The notes beneath the pieces were generated by a model. That model saw only the letters and a list, made by a program, of their open reading frames with translations, had not been told where the DNA came from and ran no database searches. A stretch of DNA of 64,000 bases, taken from the NCBI GenBank assembly GCA_963779755.1, contig CAVZZO010000003.1, positions 1,120,001 through 1,184,000 of the forward strand. The letters run 5' to 3'. The translations under genes were made by a program, and so were the position numbers. The stretch comes from an uncultured Gemmatimonadales bacterium (GTDB lineage Bacteria > Gemmatimonadota > Gemmatimonadetes > Gemmatimonadales > GWC2-71-9). Position 1 is the stretch's first letter. Every line of letters starts with the position of its first letter. Positions 18,681 to 28,865 of this stretch are shown piece by piece.

Positions 18681-21047
18681 ATGGCTACCCGATTTCCGGG
18701 CCCTCTCCCTGTTTATCTCCTCCTGCTGGCCGGGCTGCAGGGTGCCTGCGAGCAGCCGCAACTCAGGAATGCCCTGGCCAGCACCCCCGCAGTCAGCCTG
18801 GTGGTGGTCCCCGGAGCGGTCACGCTCAACACCGGGGACTCCACCCGATTCTCCGGTTACGTCAGAGATGGGAATGGCGATACCTCTACCGTAGCACTCG
18901 ACTGGCGGGCGAGCGGCGGTACGATGCTGTCCAACGGGACCTTCGTCTCCGACAGCCCGGGGACCTACAGGGTAATTGCGACTGCTCATGGCAATCCCGA
19001 CGCCGCCGATACCGCTCTTGTCCTCGTGATCATCCCCTCGGCTAACCTCACTGGCATCAGCGTGGCGCCCCAGGACCTGGTCACCGAGCCTGACGCCTCC
19101 ACCCCCTTTACCGCCATGGGTAACCTCGCCAATGGCAGCCAGACATTCGTGGCGGTGAACTGGGCGACCGATGGTGGAGTCATTGACGCTGGCGGGACCT
19201 TCACCGGCGGTGACTCCCTCGGGAACTTCAGGGTGTGGGCCGTCACGACCGACGGCCGATTCAGCGATACCGGGACGGTGACGATCCAGCCCCGCGCCCC
19301 CACGCTCGAACAGCTTACGGTGACCCCGCCCAGCGCATCTCTCAGTGGGGGTACCACGGGAGCCACCCAGCAGTTCACCGCCATCGGCCTCTTCGACGAC
19401 AGCTCCAGCCATCCGGTTTCGGCGGCCTGGGCTGCTTCAGCCGGCACTATTACGAGCACGGGGCTGTACACGGCCAGAAATGTGGCGGCCGGAACCTATA
19501 AAGTTGTCGCCCGCGCGCCCAACGGCCTGGCCGATTCCGCCCAGGTTACGGTGACCATCCCTTTCGTCACCCGCATCGCCATCTCGCCCAAAACGGTTTC
19601 GCTCAACACCAAGGGCACCCAGCAATTCAAAGTGACCGGCTTCCTGAGCGACGGGTCCACCGCGACAGTCAGCGCGAGTTACACCGCCACCGGGGGCACC
19701 ATCACCAGCACCGGGTTCTACACCGCCGGCAGCTCGGGAGGCAGCTTCAGGGTCATCGCCACCACCACCTCGGGCGGCCTGGCAGATACGGCGACGGTAA
19801 ACATCACGGCGCCCCAGCTTACTCTTACGGGCCTGGCGGTGAGCCCTTCCCCCGCCCCGATGCTGACGGGCGAGCGCCTCCAGTTCACCGCCGAGGCAAT
19901 CTACAGCGATGGCAGCCGGACCCCCGTCAGCCCCACCTGGCTGGTCACCGGGGGCTCCATGGGCTCGGGCGGGGTGTACACCGCGTCCATGCTCGCCGGC
20001 AGCTACAAGGTCATTGGCCAGTACAATGGGAAGAGCGACACGGTAACGGTGACGGCCAACCCCATCTCCAGGCTGCAGAAGATTACCCTCACACCGCAGA
20101 CGCTCGGCATTCCGATCAATGGCACGTTCCAGTTCAGTACCATCGGCACCTTGGGCACCGGCGGTCCCGTCTATGTGAACGTCAACTACTCGGCTTCTTC
20201 GGGAAGCATCACTGCATCGGGGCTCTACACCGCCCCGGGGCAGACTGGATCAGCCACTGTTACCGCGAGGCACGTTGCCACCGGTCTGCAATCGGTGAGC
20301 GCCGTGACGATTGGGGTCAGTTCGTGCATCAATGAGCCCCCCGGGCTCGCCGCGATCACGGATCAGCCATGGGACGCGGTCCCTCCCCAGGCGCCGGCAA
20401 CGGATCAATACGGCTGGAGGGTAGGCGCCGGCCGGACCCGTCTCTCCATCATACAGGACAACAGCGCAAGGCGCTCGAAGCCCAACGTCCTTCAGGGGAA
20501 GTTCCCCCAGGGAATGGGCGGTGGTGGAGGACCATTTCATATCGAGCACAAGCTCCCGGCGGTGAAGCAGCTCTATCAATGCTTCTGGCTCAAGATTGCT
20601 CCTGGGTTCACGAACAACGGCAATTCCGGCACAAAACTGGCCTTCGTTTATAACACCTACCAAGGGACGAGCCTCGGCAGCAGCGCCTACCTCAACCTGT
20701 TCGGTGGCGTGTCGGACGCCGGAACTATGGGCGTGAATACAGAAGGTCCCGGAGGCTTCAACCGGAACATGGGCACCCGATTTCAGTGGTCTTCACACCT
20801 GGGAGAGTGGCACCAATTCGAGTTCCTGATGATCGCCAATACCCAGGCCACAGCCGACGGCGTCATGCACATCTGGGTGGATGGGGCACAGGATACCTAT
20901 TATACCAATGTCAAGTGGTTTCTGGACCAGGCAGTGCCGACCGGGTTCAACCACCTTGACATCACCCCCACGTATGGCGGCGGCCACAACCCGGTCCCGT
21001 ATGACATGTTCATGTACCTCGACCACTGGTATGTCAGCGGCAAATAG
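18681..21047 (+). CDS. Lipoprotein with about six Ig-like (Big_2-like) repeats and a C-terminal jelly-roll polysaccharide-lyase-like domain
   Basis: Signal peptide ending LQGA-C; repeats of V.P..........QFTA......W.ATGG.I...G.YTA; C-terminal domain shared with 21171 and 26677. Confidence 0.75.
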   Translation: MATRFPGPLPVYLLLLAGLQGACEQPQLRNALASTPAVSLVVVPGAVTLNTGDSTRFSGYVRDGNGDTSTVALDWRASGGTMLSNGTFVSDSPGTYRVIATAHGNPDAADTALVLVIIPSANLTGISVAPQDLVTEPDASTPFTAMGNLANGSQTFVAVNWATDGGVIDAGGTFTGGDSLGNFRVWAVTTDGRFSDTGTVTIQPRAPTLEQLTVTPPSASLSGGTTGATQQFTAIGLFDDSSSHPVSAAWAASAGTITSTGLYTARNVAAGTYKVVARAPNGLADSAQVTVTIPFVTRIAISPKTVSLNTKGTQQFKVTGFLSDGSTATVSASYTATGGTITSTGFYTAGSSGGSFRVIATTTSGGLADTATVNITAPQLTLTGLAVSPSPAPMLTGERLQFTAEAIYSDGSRTPVSPTWLVTGGSMGSGGVYTASMLAGSYKVIGQYNGKSDTVTVTANPISRLQKITLTPQTLGIPINGTFQFSTIGTLGTGGPVYVNVNYSASSGSITASGLYTAPGQTGSATVTARHVATGLQSVSAVTIGVSSCINEPPGLAAITDQPWDAVPPQAPATDQYGWRVGAGRTRLSIIQDNSARRSKPNVLQGKFPQGMGGGGGPFHIEHKLPAVKQLYQCFWLKIAPGFTNNGNSGTKLAFVYNTYQGTSLGSSAYLNLFGGVSDAGTMGVNTEGPGGFNRNMGTRFQWSSHLGEWHQFEFLMIANTQATADGVMHIWVDGAQDTYYTNVKWFLDQAVPTGFNHLDITPTYGGGHNPVPYDMFMYLDHWYVSGK

Positions 21048-21068
21048 AGGAGAATTCGGAACATTACT

Positions 21069-21108
21069 CGGGCGGCGGGCTTCCTCCGGGAGCCCGCCGC
21101 CCGCTTTC
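21069..21108 (+). terminator. GC-rich hairpin terminator
   Basis: CGGGCGGCGGGCTTCC-TCC-GGGAGCCCGCCGCCCG followed by CTTT. Confidence 0.7.
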
Positions 21109-21124
21109 TGGCATGGAAGTCGCT
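21109..21124 (+). promoter_or_regulatory. Putative sigma-54 promoter
   Basis: TGGCATGGAAGTCGCT (GG-N10-GC), directly after the terminator. Confidence 0.5.
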
Positions 21125-21170
21125 GCTTACATTAAGGTGGTCACTGGCCAATTCCAGATTGCAGAAGGTG

Positions 21171-22034
21171 ATGCGCATGTTTGGCAACGCACCCCGAAGA
21201 ACAGTAAGGCTCCTGGCAGCCACCGCCGTGGGCGGTGTGGTGTTCCTGGGCGCCTCACCTGCGCCTGACCTCCAGTCGGGGTTCGGCACCCCGGCAGGGC
21301 GTCCTCCGGGCTGTACACACGAGCCGCCGGGGGTGGAGCCAATCTCCAGTCAGCCATGGGACAGCGTCCCACCCAAGCCACCGAAGGTTGACCAACATGG
21401 CTGGAGGGTGACCAAGGACTACGAACGGCTGAGCATCATTTCTGACCCGTCTGCCCCCCTCTCCCCCCCCTATGTCCTCCAGGGTCGGTTTCCTCAGGGC
21501 ATGCGCGGCGGGGGGGGGCCCTTTCACATAGAGGTGAGATTCAGTCCCGTCCGTGTTCTCTACCAGTGCTTCGGGATCAGGCTCAGCCCCGGGTTCACTA
21601 ACAACGGCAATGCGGGAACCAAGCTGGCCTTCGTCTACAATACCTACACGGGAAAGCCTCACTCGAGTTCGGCTTATCTTAACCTGTTTGGGGGCGCGTC
21701 AGATGCCGGGACCATGGGAGTGAATACTGAAGGTCCCGGCGGCTTCAACCGGAACATGGCTACCAGGTTCCGATGGTCTTCCCACCTGGGCCAGTGGCAT
21801 CGGTTTGAATTCCTGATGGTCGCCAATACACAGGCCACCGCTAACGGCATCCTGCAGATCTGGGTAGATGGCGTGCAGGATACCTACCATACAGACGTCA
21901 AGTGGTTTCTGGACCAGGTGGCCCCCACGGGCTTCACTCGCATCGACATTACCCCCACCTACGGAGGAGGGCATAATCCAGTACCCTACGATCAGTTCAT
22001 CTATATCGACCACTGGTACATCAGCGGGCAGTAA
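21171..22034 (+). CDS. Secreted stand-alone jelly-roll polysaccharide-lyase-like domain protein
   Basis: Signal-like N-terminus; highly similar to the C-terminal domain of 18681-21047; exact start uncertain. Confidence 0.7.
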   Translation: MRMFGNAPRRTVRLLAATAVGGVVFLGASPAPDLQSGFGTPAGRPPGCTHEPPGVEPISSQPWDSVPPKPPKVDQHGWRVTKDYERLSIISDPSAPLSPPYVLQGRFPQGMRGGGGPFHIEVRFSPVRVLYQCFGIRLSPGFTNNGNAGTKLAFVYNTYTGKPHSSSAYLNLFGGASDAGTMGVNTEGPGGFNRNMATRFRWSSHLGQWHRFEFLMVANTQATANGILQIWVDGVQDTYHTDVKWFLDQVAPTGFTRIDITPTYGGGHNPVPYDQFIYIDHWYISGQ

Positions 22035-22048
22035 CGGCCGATCCCCCG

Positions 22049-23209
22049 ATGAAAGATCCGCTCTATATTCTGCTGCTCTGTGACGGAAACGCCGAAGACC
22101 CCCACGGTGCGTTCTCAGGCTCTGCTCACAGTCTGGTCACCGAGTTCCGGCGGCAAGGGCACCGGGTCAGGACGGCCGGTCTCGAGCTCGGCGGCATACC
22201 GCGGTGGGTCAGCGCGGCGCTGGCATTCTCCCCGGACCGGGCGCGCTGGGGGGTGCGGTACCGGCTGGGCGCGCCAGGGTTCTACTTCCGATCCCGCCGC
22301 GCCGCCAAGAGTATCCGCGCGCGGGGGCCGCACACCCGGGTGGTGCTCCAGATCGGGGCGACCTTCCGCCCGGCGGGAATCGGCGGCCTGCCGTACTTCC
22401 TTTACTGCGACTCGAACATCCGGATGGCCGAGGAAGGCATTGCGACGGGCGTCTCGGAAGCCGCCTCCCTCTCGCAAGGCGAACTCGCCGCCGTCGCAGC
22501 GCGGGAGCTGGGGGTGTACCGGGGCGCGACCGGTATCTTTACTCTAAGCGAGCGCCTGCGTCGCACCTTTCTCTCCGGCTTCGGCATCGCGCCGGAACGC
22601 GTGCTGGCCTGTTATGCGGGCCCCAACTTCGCCCTCGATACGATTCCCTCCACACCGACCTCCCACCGGGGGCCGCCCACGATCCTCTTCGTCGGGAAAC
22701 AGTTTGATCGGAAGGGCGGAGACCTGCTCCTCCAGGCGTTCGAGACGGTCCGGCTGGAACTCCCGGACGCGCGCCTCGTCATCGTCGGCCCTCCCGACCT
22801 CCGGGTCGATTGCCCGGGGGCGGAGAATCTGGGATACCTGCGCCGCGACCGTCCCCAGGAATGGGCCCGGCTGCGACAGGCCTACCTCGAGGCCGATGTC
22901 TTCTGCCTGCCCACCAGGTTCGAGCCATTCGGCATAGCTTTTCTGGAGGCGATGTTCTTCGGTCTTCCCTGCATCGGGCCCAATGCCTGGGCCATCCCGG
23001 AAATCATCCAGCAGGGCGAAACCGGCTTCCTGGTCGAACCGGAAAACCCGTCTGCCTTGGCAACCGCGATCCTGCGCGTTCTCGAGCATCCGGAGGAGGC
23101 CCGGGCGCTGGGCGAGGCCGGCCGCCGGCGGGCAGTGACGACTTTTACCTGGGAAGCGACCGTCCGGCGCATGGTGTCGCGCATGGCTCCTTTCGCTGCG
23201 AATAGGTAA
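22049..23209 (+). CDS. Glycosyltransferase family 4
   Basis: ILFVGKQFDRKGG, FEPFGIAFLEAM. Confidence 0.9.
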   Translation: MKDPLYILLLCDGNAEDPHGAFSGSAHSLVTEFRRQGHRVRTAGLELGGIPRWVSAALAFSPDRARWGVRYRLGAPGFYFRSRRAAKSIRARGPHTRVVLQIGATFRPAGIGGLPYFLYCDSNIRMAEEGIATGVSEAASLSQGELAAVAARELGVYRGATGIFTLSERLRRTFLSGFGIAPERVLACYAGPNFALDTIPSTPTSHRGPPTILFVGKQFDRKGGDLLLQAFETVRLELPDARLVIVGPPDLRVDCPGAENLGYLRRDRPQEWARLRQAYLEADVFCLPTRFEPFGIAFLEAMFFGLPCIGPNAWAIPEIIQQGETGFLVEPENPSALATAILRVLEHPEEARALGEAGRRRAVTTFTWEATVRRMVSRMAPFAANR

Positions 23210-24207
23210 TGCTGCGTTCCATGCGCCGTCTGGCCTCGGGCGGTGCCATCCTGTGTTACCATGCGGTCACGAATCCCGACTTTCCCTCGGAATCGTCCGT
23301 CAACGTGCCGTCCGAACGCCTGGAAGAGGACCTCCGGATCCTGACCTCCCACGCGGAAGTTGTTCCCCTGGCCGTGCTGCTCGACCGCCAGCGAGCCGGG
23401 CGCTCCTGCGCCGGCCTCGCCGGCATCACCTTCGATGACGCATACCAGACGGTCGCCATACTCGCCCTGCCACTGCTCGTGCGATACGCCGCCTGCGCCA
23501 CAGTCTTCGTAACCTGTGAGGCTCTGGAAGGAGCAGCACGGTTCTGGTGGGACCGGATAGATTGCCTGCACGCCCGGATACCGTCCCGGCGATGGAGGCA
23601 CTTTGAGGACGAGCTTGGCCTCCCGGAGAGCTACCGCAAGGGACAACCCCGCGAAATGGGGCCGCTCCGTCCCCTACGACAGTGGATTCTGGCCCAGTTT
23701 GCCGGCCGCTGGCCCGCCGCGCTGGAGGCGGCATTGGCCGCGCTGGAGGGGGAGTACGGCAGCCACACGGCGCAGCACTGCATGAGTGTGGAGGAGCTGG
23801 ACCGGCTGGCTGCCCATCCGCTCATTTCCCTCGGTGTGCACACCTGGTCCCACCCGGTACTGCCGCTTCTCCCGGAGGGCGAACAGCGCCGCGAAATCGC
23901 GCGGTGCCGTGACTGGCTCCGGGGCCGCTACTCCGAGGTGCTGCCCGCCCTGGCCTTTCCCTTCGGGCTCTTCGATCGCCGCTCGGCCGAGATCGCCCGC
24001 GAGGAGGGAATGGAGGCTTCGTTCAGCCTGGCCGAACGGACCCTGCGCGGCGCCGAAACGGATGACGTTCTGCCCCGGATCAGCGGCAACCGCGATATGG
24101 CAGGGTGGAAGCTCCGCCTGCGCCTCACCGGGTGGTTCGACGACCGGGTGCAGCGAGGCCGCGGACTGGCCCGCGACTACCCCGCCCTTCCCTCTCCCAC
24201 CTCCTGA
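23209..24207 (+). CDS. Polysaccharide deacetylase (NodB/CE4)
   Basis: ILCYH, ITFDDAY, GVHTWSHP, LAFPFG motifs. Confidence 0.9.
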   Translation: MLRSMRRLASGGAILCYHAVTNPDFPSESSVNVPSERLEEDLRILTSHAEVVPLAVLLDRQRAGRSCAGLAGITFDDAYQTVAILALPLLVRYAACATVFVTCEALEGAARFWWDRIDCLHARIPSRRWRHFEDELGLPESYRKGQPREMGPLRPLRQWILAQFAGRWPAALEAALAALEGEYGSHTAQHCMSVEELDRLAAHPLISLGVHTWSHPVLPLLPEGEQRREIARCRDWLRGRYSEVLPALAFPFGLFDRRSAEIAREEGMEASFSLAERTLRGAETDDVLPRISGNRDMAGWKLRLRLTGWFDDRVQRGRGLARDYPALPSPTS

Positions 24208-25431
24208 GTCGGCCCGGAGAGCAGCCCCCGATAAAGGCCGGTCAGTTGCTCCCCCAGGTGGGACCAGCTGTAGTGCTCTTCCACTGTTCGCCGCCCTTCC
24301 CGGCCCAGGCGCCGTCGCAGGGCGGAATCCCGCAGCACAGAGCTGATGGCGGCGGCGAAATCCTGGGGATCATCAGCCAGCAGGATGTTCTCCCCCGGGC
24401 GGGTGCGCAGCCCCTCGGCGCCGATCGCGGTGGAGACGACTGCCTTGCCCATGGCCCAGGCATTCAGGATCTTGAGCCGAGTGCCGCCGCCGATCCGGAG
24501 GGGCACGATAAAACAGGAAGCCCTCGCCACCAGGGGGCGGATATCGTCCACATAGCCGGTGAGCGTCACGCCCACCGCCGCGTACGCCGCCCGGTCCGCC
24601 TCCGAGGCGTGGCCGATCCACACCACCGGTGGCGCCCTACCCTCCCGGCGCAGCAGCGGCAGCACCTCGGCGGCGAACCAGTCCAGCGCATCCTTGTTGG
24701 GCCACCAGTCGGTGCCGCCGGTGAAGACGCAGCCTTCGCGCGGTCCGGGCGGCGCGGGGGCAAAGAAGTCAGTATCCACGCCGTTGGGAATAGCCACCAC
24801 CCGGGCGCCCGGCGCCAGCCGCCGCAACATCGCCGCGTCGGCATCTGAAACGGCCACGTTGAGCCGCACTCGCGGCAGCCAGCGGCGTTCCGCCCGCTCC
24901 AGGTTGCGCGCCTGCAACCGCAGGTAGGCGCGGGCCGCAGGGATTTCGAAGCCCCGCTGCACGGCGGCGGAGCAGATGCGACTCCACATTGTGGTGAGTA
25001 CAGGCCACCGGCACCCCGGCCGGCAGGTCCGGCAGGTAGCGCACCAGGTCGAGGCTGTCGCAATGGATGATCGCCGGTGGTTCGGAGCGCAACGTGTCGT
25101 GCAGCGCCTGCCGGTAGTCAGGGGCGTCGTGCAGGTACCAGGTGTAGGGCCGGCCGGTCAGCAGGCTGCGCAGATGATCGGCGTAGAGCCGGGCGCGGCT
25201 GGACTGCTGGGGAATGGGGAAGGCACGGATACGGGCCAGCCCCTGAAATCCGGCCAGGCGCTCGCTCAGGGAGAGCCGCCGGGCCGGATCGGTCCGGTAG
25301 AAGCAGAGCGCGGTGACTTCGTAGGCGCCGGCCAGCAGCTTCAGGACGTTGAACGTCCGGAGGGCGGCACCGCTGTCGGGAGGATAGGGAAGAAGATGGG
25401 AGAGGAAGAGCAGCCTGGGCTTGCCGGTCAA
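24177..25431 (-). CDS. Glycosyltransferase family 4 (apparent frameshift near 24941)
   Basis: LLFLSHLLPYPPDSG N-terminus and HHNVES in one frame; GGGTRLKILNAWAMG in the other; an extra C in a C run joins them. Confidence 0.85.
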
Positions 25432-25452
25432 ACCGCTCCTCCCCTGGTCAGC

Positions 25453-25577
25453 GCCGTACCGCCGTACCGCTTACCGCTTACCGCTTACCGCTTACCGCCT
25501 TACCGCTTACCGCTTACCGCTTACCGCTTACCGCTTACCGCTTACCGCTTACCGCTTACCGCTTACCGCTTACCGCC
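25453..25577. repeat. Heptamer tandem repeat (GCTTACC)n, about 15-17 units
   Basis: Directly visible. Confidence 0.95.
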
Positions 25578-26677
25578 CGCTAATATACCAGTCTCCAATG
25601 TGGATGAACATGTCATGGGGTACGGGATTATGGCCGCCGCCGTAGGTGGGCGTGATATCAAGGTAGTCGAACCCGGTTGGGGCGGCCCCGTCCACGAAAC
25701 CATTTGACATCGGGATGATAAGTATCCTCCACTCCGTCCACCCAGATGTGCAGGATGCCATCCGCGGTGGCCTGCGTGTTGGCGACCATCAGGAACTCAA
25801 ACTGGTGCCACTCTCCCATATGTGAGGACCACTGGAAGGTGGTAGGCATGTTCCGGTTGAAGCCCCCCGGGCCCTCAGTGTTCACGCCCATGTTCCCGGC
25901 ATCCCTCGTGCCGCTAAACAGATTGAGATAAGCGCTGCTGCCCTCAGGCGTTCCCTGGTAGGTATTGTACACAAAGGCGAGTTTGGTCCCGGCGTTGCCG
26001 TTGTTCGTGAACCCGGGGGCGACCTCGAGCCAGAAGCACTGATACAGTGTCTTGACCACGGGCAATTTACGGTTGATATGGAACGGCCCCCCTCCACCAC
26101 CCATCCCGGCGGGGAAGAGCCCGGTCAGAAACGGATTCCCTGCCGGGAACAGGTTGTCGTTGCCCAGAGACAGCCGGTTCCATCCACTTGATACGGACCA
26201 CCCTTGGGCGTCCCTGAGCGGCGCCTGTGGCGGGACTGCCGCCCAGGTCTGCCTGGTGATCGGGGTGAGACCGACGGGCTCGTTACCACAGGGTTGCGTC
26301 ACCGGATTGGGCGGTACCCGGATGGTGACGACCGAGGTATCGGCCGCACCGGACACCGGATCCCGGGCGATAACGAGAAAGTCGCCGGGCGTCGAGCCGG
26401 CCTGGTAGAGACCGGTCGAGTCAATGACTCCACCTGTAGCCGTCCACTCAACCGCGGGTGCCGGCGCAGCGGCATCGGGGACCATCGCCTTGAACTGATT
26501 CGCGCCCCGCGGCTGAATTACCACCGAGGACGGCTGAACAGTGACATTTGTGGGTGAATCGGGGCTGCTGAGTTTGTTGCCGGGGGCGCAGGAGGCCAGG
26601 GGGATCAGCGATAGCACCATCCACGTTGCCGCACGCAGCCGCGCCAGGCGGCGTGCCAGCCGAAACTGGTAGTTCAT
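25570..26677 (-). CDS. Lipoprotein with one Ig-like domain and the third jelly-roll lyase-like domain (frameshift near 25698)
   Basis: MNYQFRLARRLARLR...LAS-C lipobox; the C-terminus DITPTYGGGHNPVPHD...WYISGR continues in an adjacent frame. Confidence 0.75.
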
Positions 26678-26745
26678 CAGTGCGCGTACACCTCAGCTGA
26701 ATGTGGGGAAAGACGCAGTTTTCCTCAGAGGTGAACGCAACATGT

Positions 26746-26842
26746 ACCCACCCTGAAGGTGGGTCAATTCACAACATCATGACATGATGTGCAATATGTG
26801 TTATATCATTACATTGAAACAAGTTAACAACTTGCTGTAATG
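26746..26842. promoter_or_regulatory. AT-rich region with several palindromes
   Basis: ACCCACC-N5-GGTGGGT; ACATCATG-A-CATGATGT (26774-26790); CAAGTT-AAC-AACTTG. Confidence 0.5.
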
Positions 26843-26910
26843 CTGTTTTAATGAGAGTGTCGAATAATCAGCCGCCAAACGAACTTCATGTTGCAGTGCC
26901 GTGATCCTGC

Positions 26911-28862
26911 TCACACTGCTTCGGTGATGCCGGTCACGCTCGACCGCTCCCGGTTCCAGGCCAGGTAGTTCAACACCGCCCACAATCCTGTCGCCAGGCC
27001 TCGCTCACCCGCCAGAAAGCGCTCCCACGCGCTCCGCGCAGCCCGCAGGTTGATCGGATCGCCGCCGCCGGAGTGCAACAGATCCGCACCCCAATCCCGC
27101 AGCGGCCCGCGCAGCCACGCCGCCACCGGCACCGAGAAGCCCATCTTCTCCCGGTCCACCAGGGCCGGCGGCACCCGGCGGTACAGCACCTGCCTGAGGA
27201 TCCACTTGCCTCGCCCCTCGCGCACTTTGAGCCGGCGCGGCAGCCGCCAGGAGTACTCCACCACCCGATGATCCAGTATGGGCACCCGCGCCTCCAGGCT
27301 CACCGCCATGCTGGCGCGATCCACCTTGGCCAGCAGGTCATCGGCCAGGTACCCGGCCTGGTCGGCCAGCATCATCCGCTCCATCAGGCCCAGACCGGCG
27401 AGGGAAGCCAGGGCTTCATTGCCGTTCTCTTCCTCCCCGCGCACCAGGCCCGCCGGCTCCTGCCAGGCCGAGAGCAGCGACCGGTACATCCGCTCGGGCG
27501 AATCCTGCCGCAGCAGCGCGGCGAGCTTGTGCAGTTTCTCGCCCGGCAGCCGGGTCCGGGCCCGGGCGGGAAGCACCGGCCGCATCGCCTGGTGGATCGC
27601 ATCCCATGCGGCGGCAGGCACCGCCGCAAGCCCGGCCGCGCCGGCCCGGCGCAACGCGCGCGGCCAGGCACCCGGTCCGGTAATCATGCGCTCGCCTTCC
27701 AGGTAACGGTTGTATCCGGCGAACAGCTCGTCGCCGCCGTCACCGCTCAGCGCCACCGTGACATGCTGCCGCGCCAGCCGGGAGACGAGAAAGGTGGGCA
27801 GCTGGCTGGGATCGGCCAGCGGCTCGTCGAACATCTCCGGTAACCTGGGGACCACCTCCAGCGCATCATCGCCGGTCAGGTACAGCTCGGTATGCTCGGT
27901 GCCCAGGTGCTCCGCCACCGCCCGCGCCTGGGCCGCCTCATCGTACTCCCGGGCATCGAAACCGATGGTGAAGGTGCGCACCCGCCGGCCCGCCTGCTCC
28001 TGCATCAGCGCCACCACGGTGGACGAATCCACCCCGCCCGACAACAGCGCGCCCAGCGGCACATCGGACTGCAGCCGCAGGCGAACGGCATCCCGGAGCA
28101 GCGCGTCCAGCTCGTCCACGCCCTCCTCGTCGGTGCCGCGGAAGGGGTCGGCCGCGCCCGGCGCTCGCGGCGTCCGCCGCCGACCAGTACGCCGCCGAGG
28201 CCGGCAGCGGCGCGCGGGGATCGCGAATGGTGATCAGGTGCCCGGGCAGCAGCTTGCGGGTATGGCGATAGATGCTGGCCGGAGCGGGAACGTAGAGGTA
28301 ACGCAGGTAGGCCGTCAGGGCGGCGGGATCCACTTCGTCGTGAAAACCGGGATGCGCCGCCAGCGCCTTCAGCTCCGAGCCGAACAGCACCAGACCGTTG
28401 CGGGCATACAGGTACAGCGGCTTGATGCCCATGCGGTCCCGGATCAGGGTCAGGCACCTCTCGCTCGGCGTCCCACACTGCGATGGCGAACATGCCGATG
28501 AACCGCCGCACCGAGGCCTCGACTCCCCAGCGCTCGAAGGCGGCCAGGATGACCTCGGAGTCCGACTGCCCCCGGAACCGCGCTCCCAGCCCCTCCAGCT
28601 CCTTCCGCAGCGCGAGGTAGTTGTAGACCTCGCCGTTGAAGATCATGACGAAGCGGCCGCCGGCCGAGGTCATCGGCTGGTGGCCCAGCGGCGAGAGATC
28701 GAGAATGGCCAGGCGGCGGAAGCCCAGGGCGACCCCGGCGGCGGGATCGGCCCAGGTGCCTTCATCATCCGGGCCGCGGTAGGCGATGGCGCCGGCCATG
28801 CGGCGTACCCGCTCCTCCAGCCCGGCGTTGCCGTCACCCAGGATCCCCGTGATGCCGCACAT
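26911..28862 (-). CDS. asnB: Asparagine synthase (glutamine-hydrolysing)-like amidotransferase, two apparent frameshifts (~28455, ~28150)
   Basis: MCGITG N-terminal Ntn Cys, RGPD, RRLAILDL, FNGEVYN, RDRMGIKPLY, LSGGVDSS, SGDGGDELFAGY, KVDRASMA. Confidence 0.92.
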
Positions 28863-28865
28863 GGG

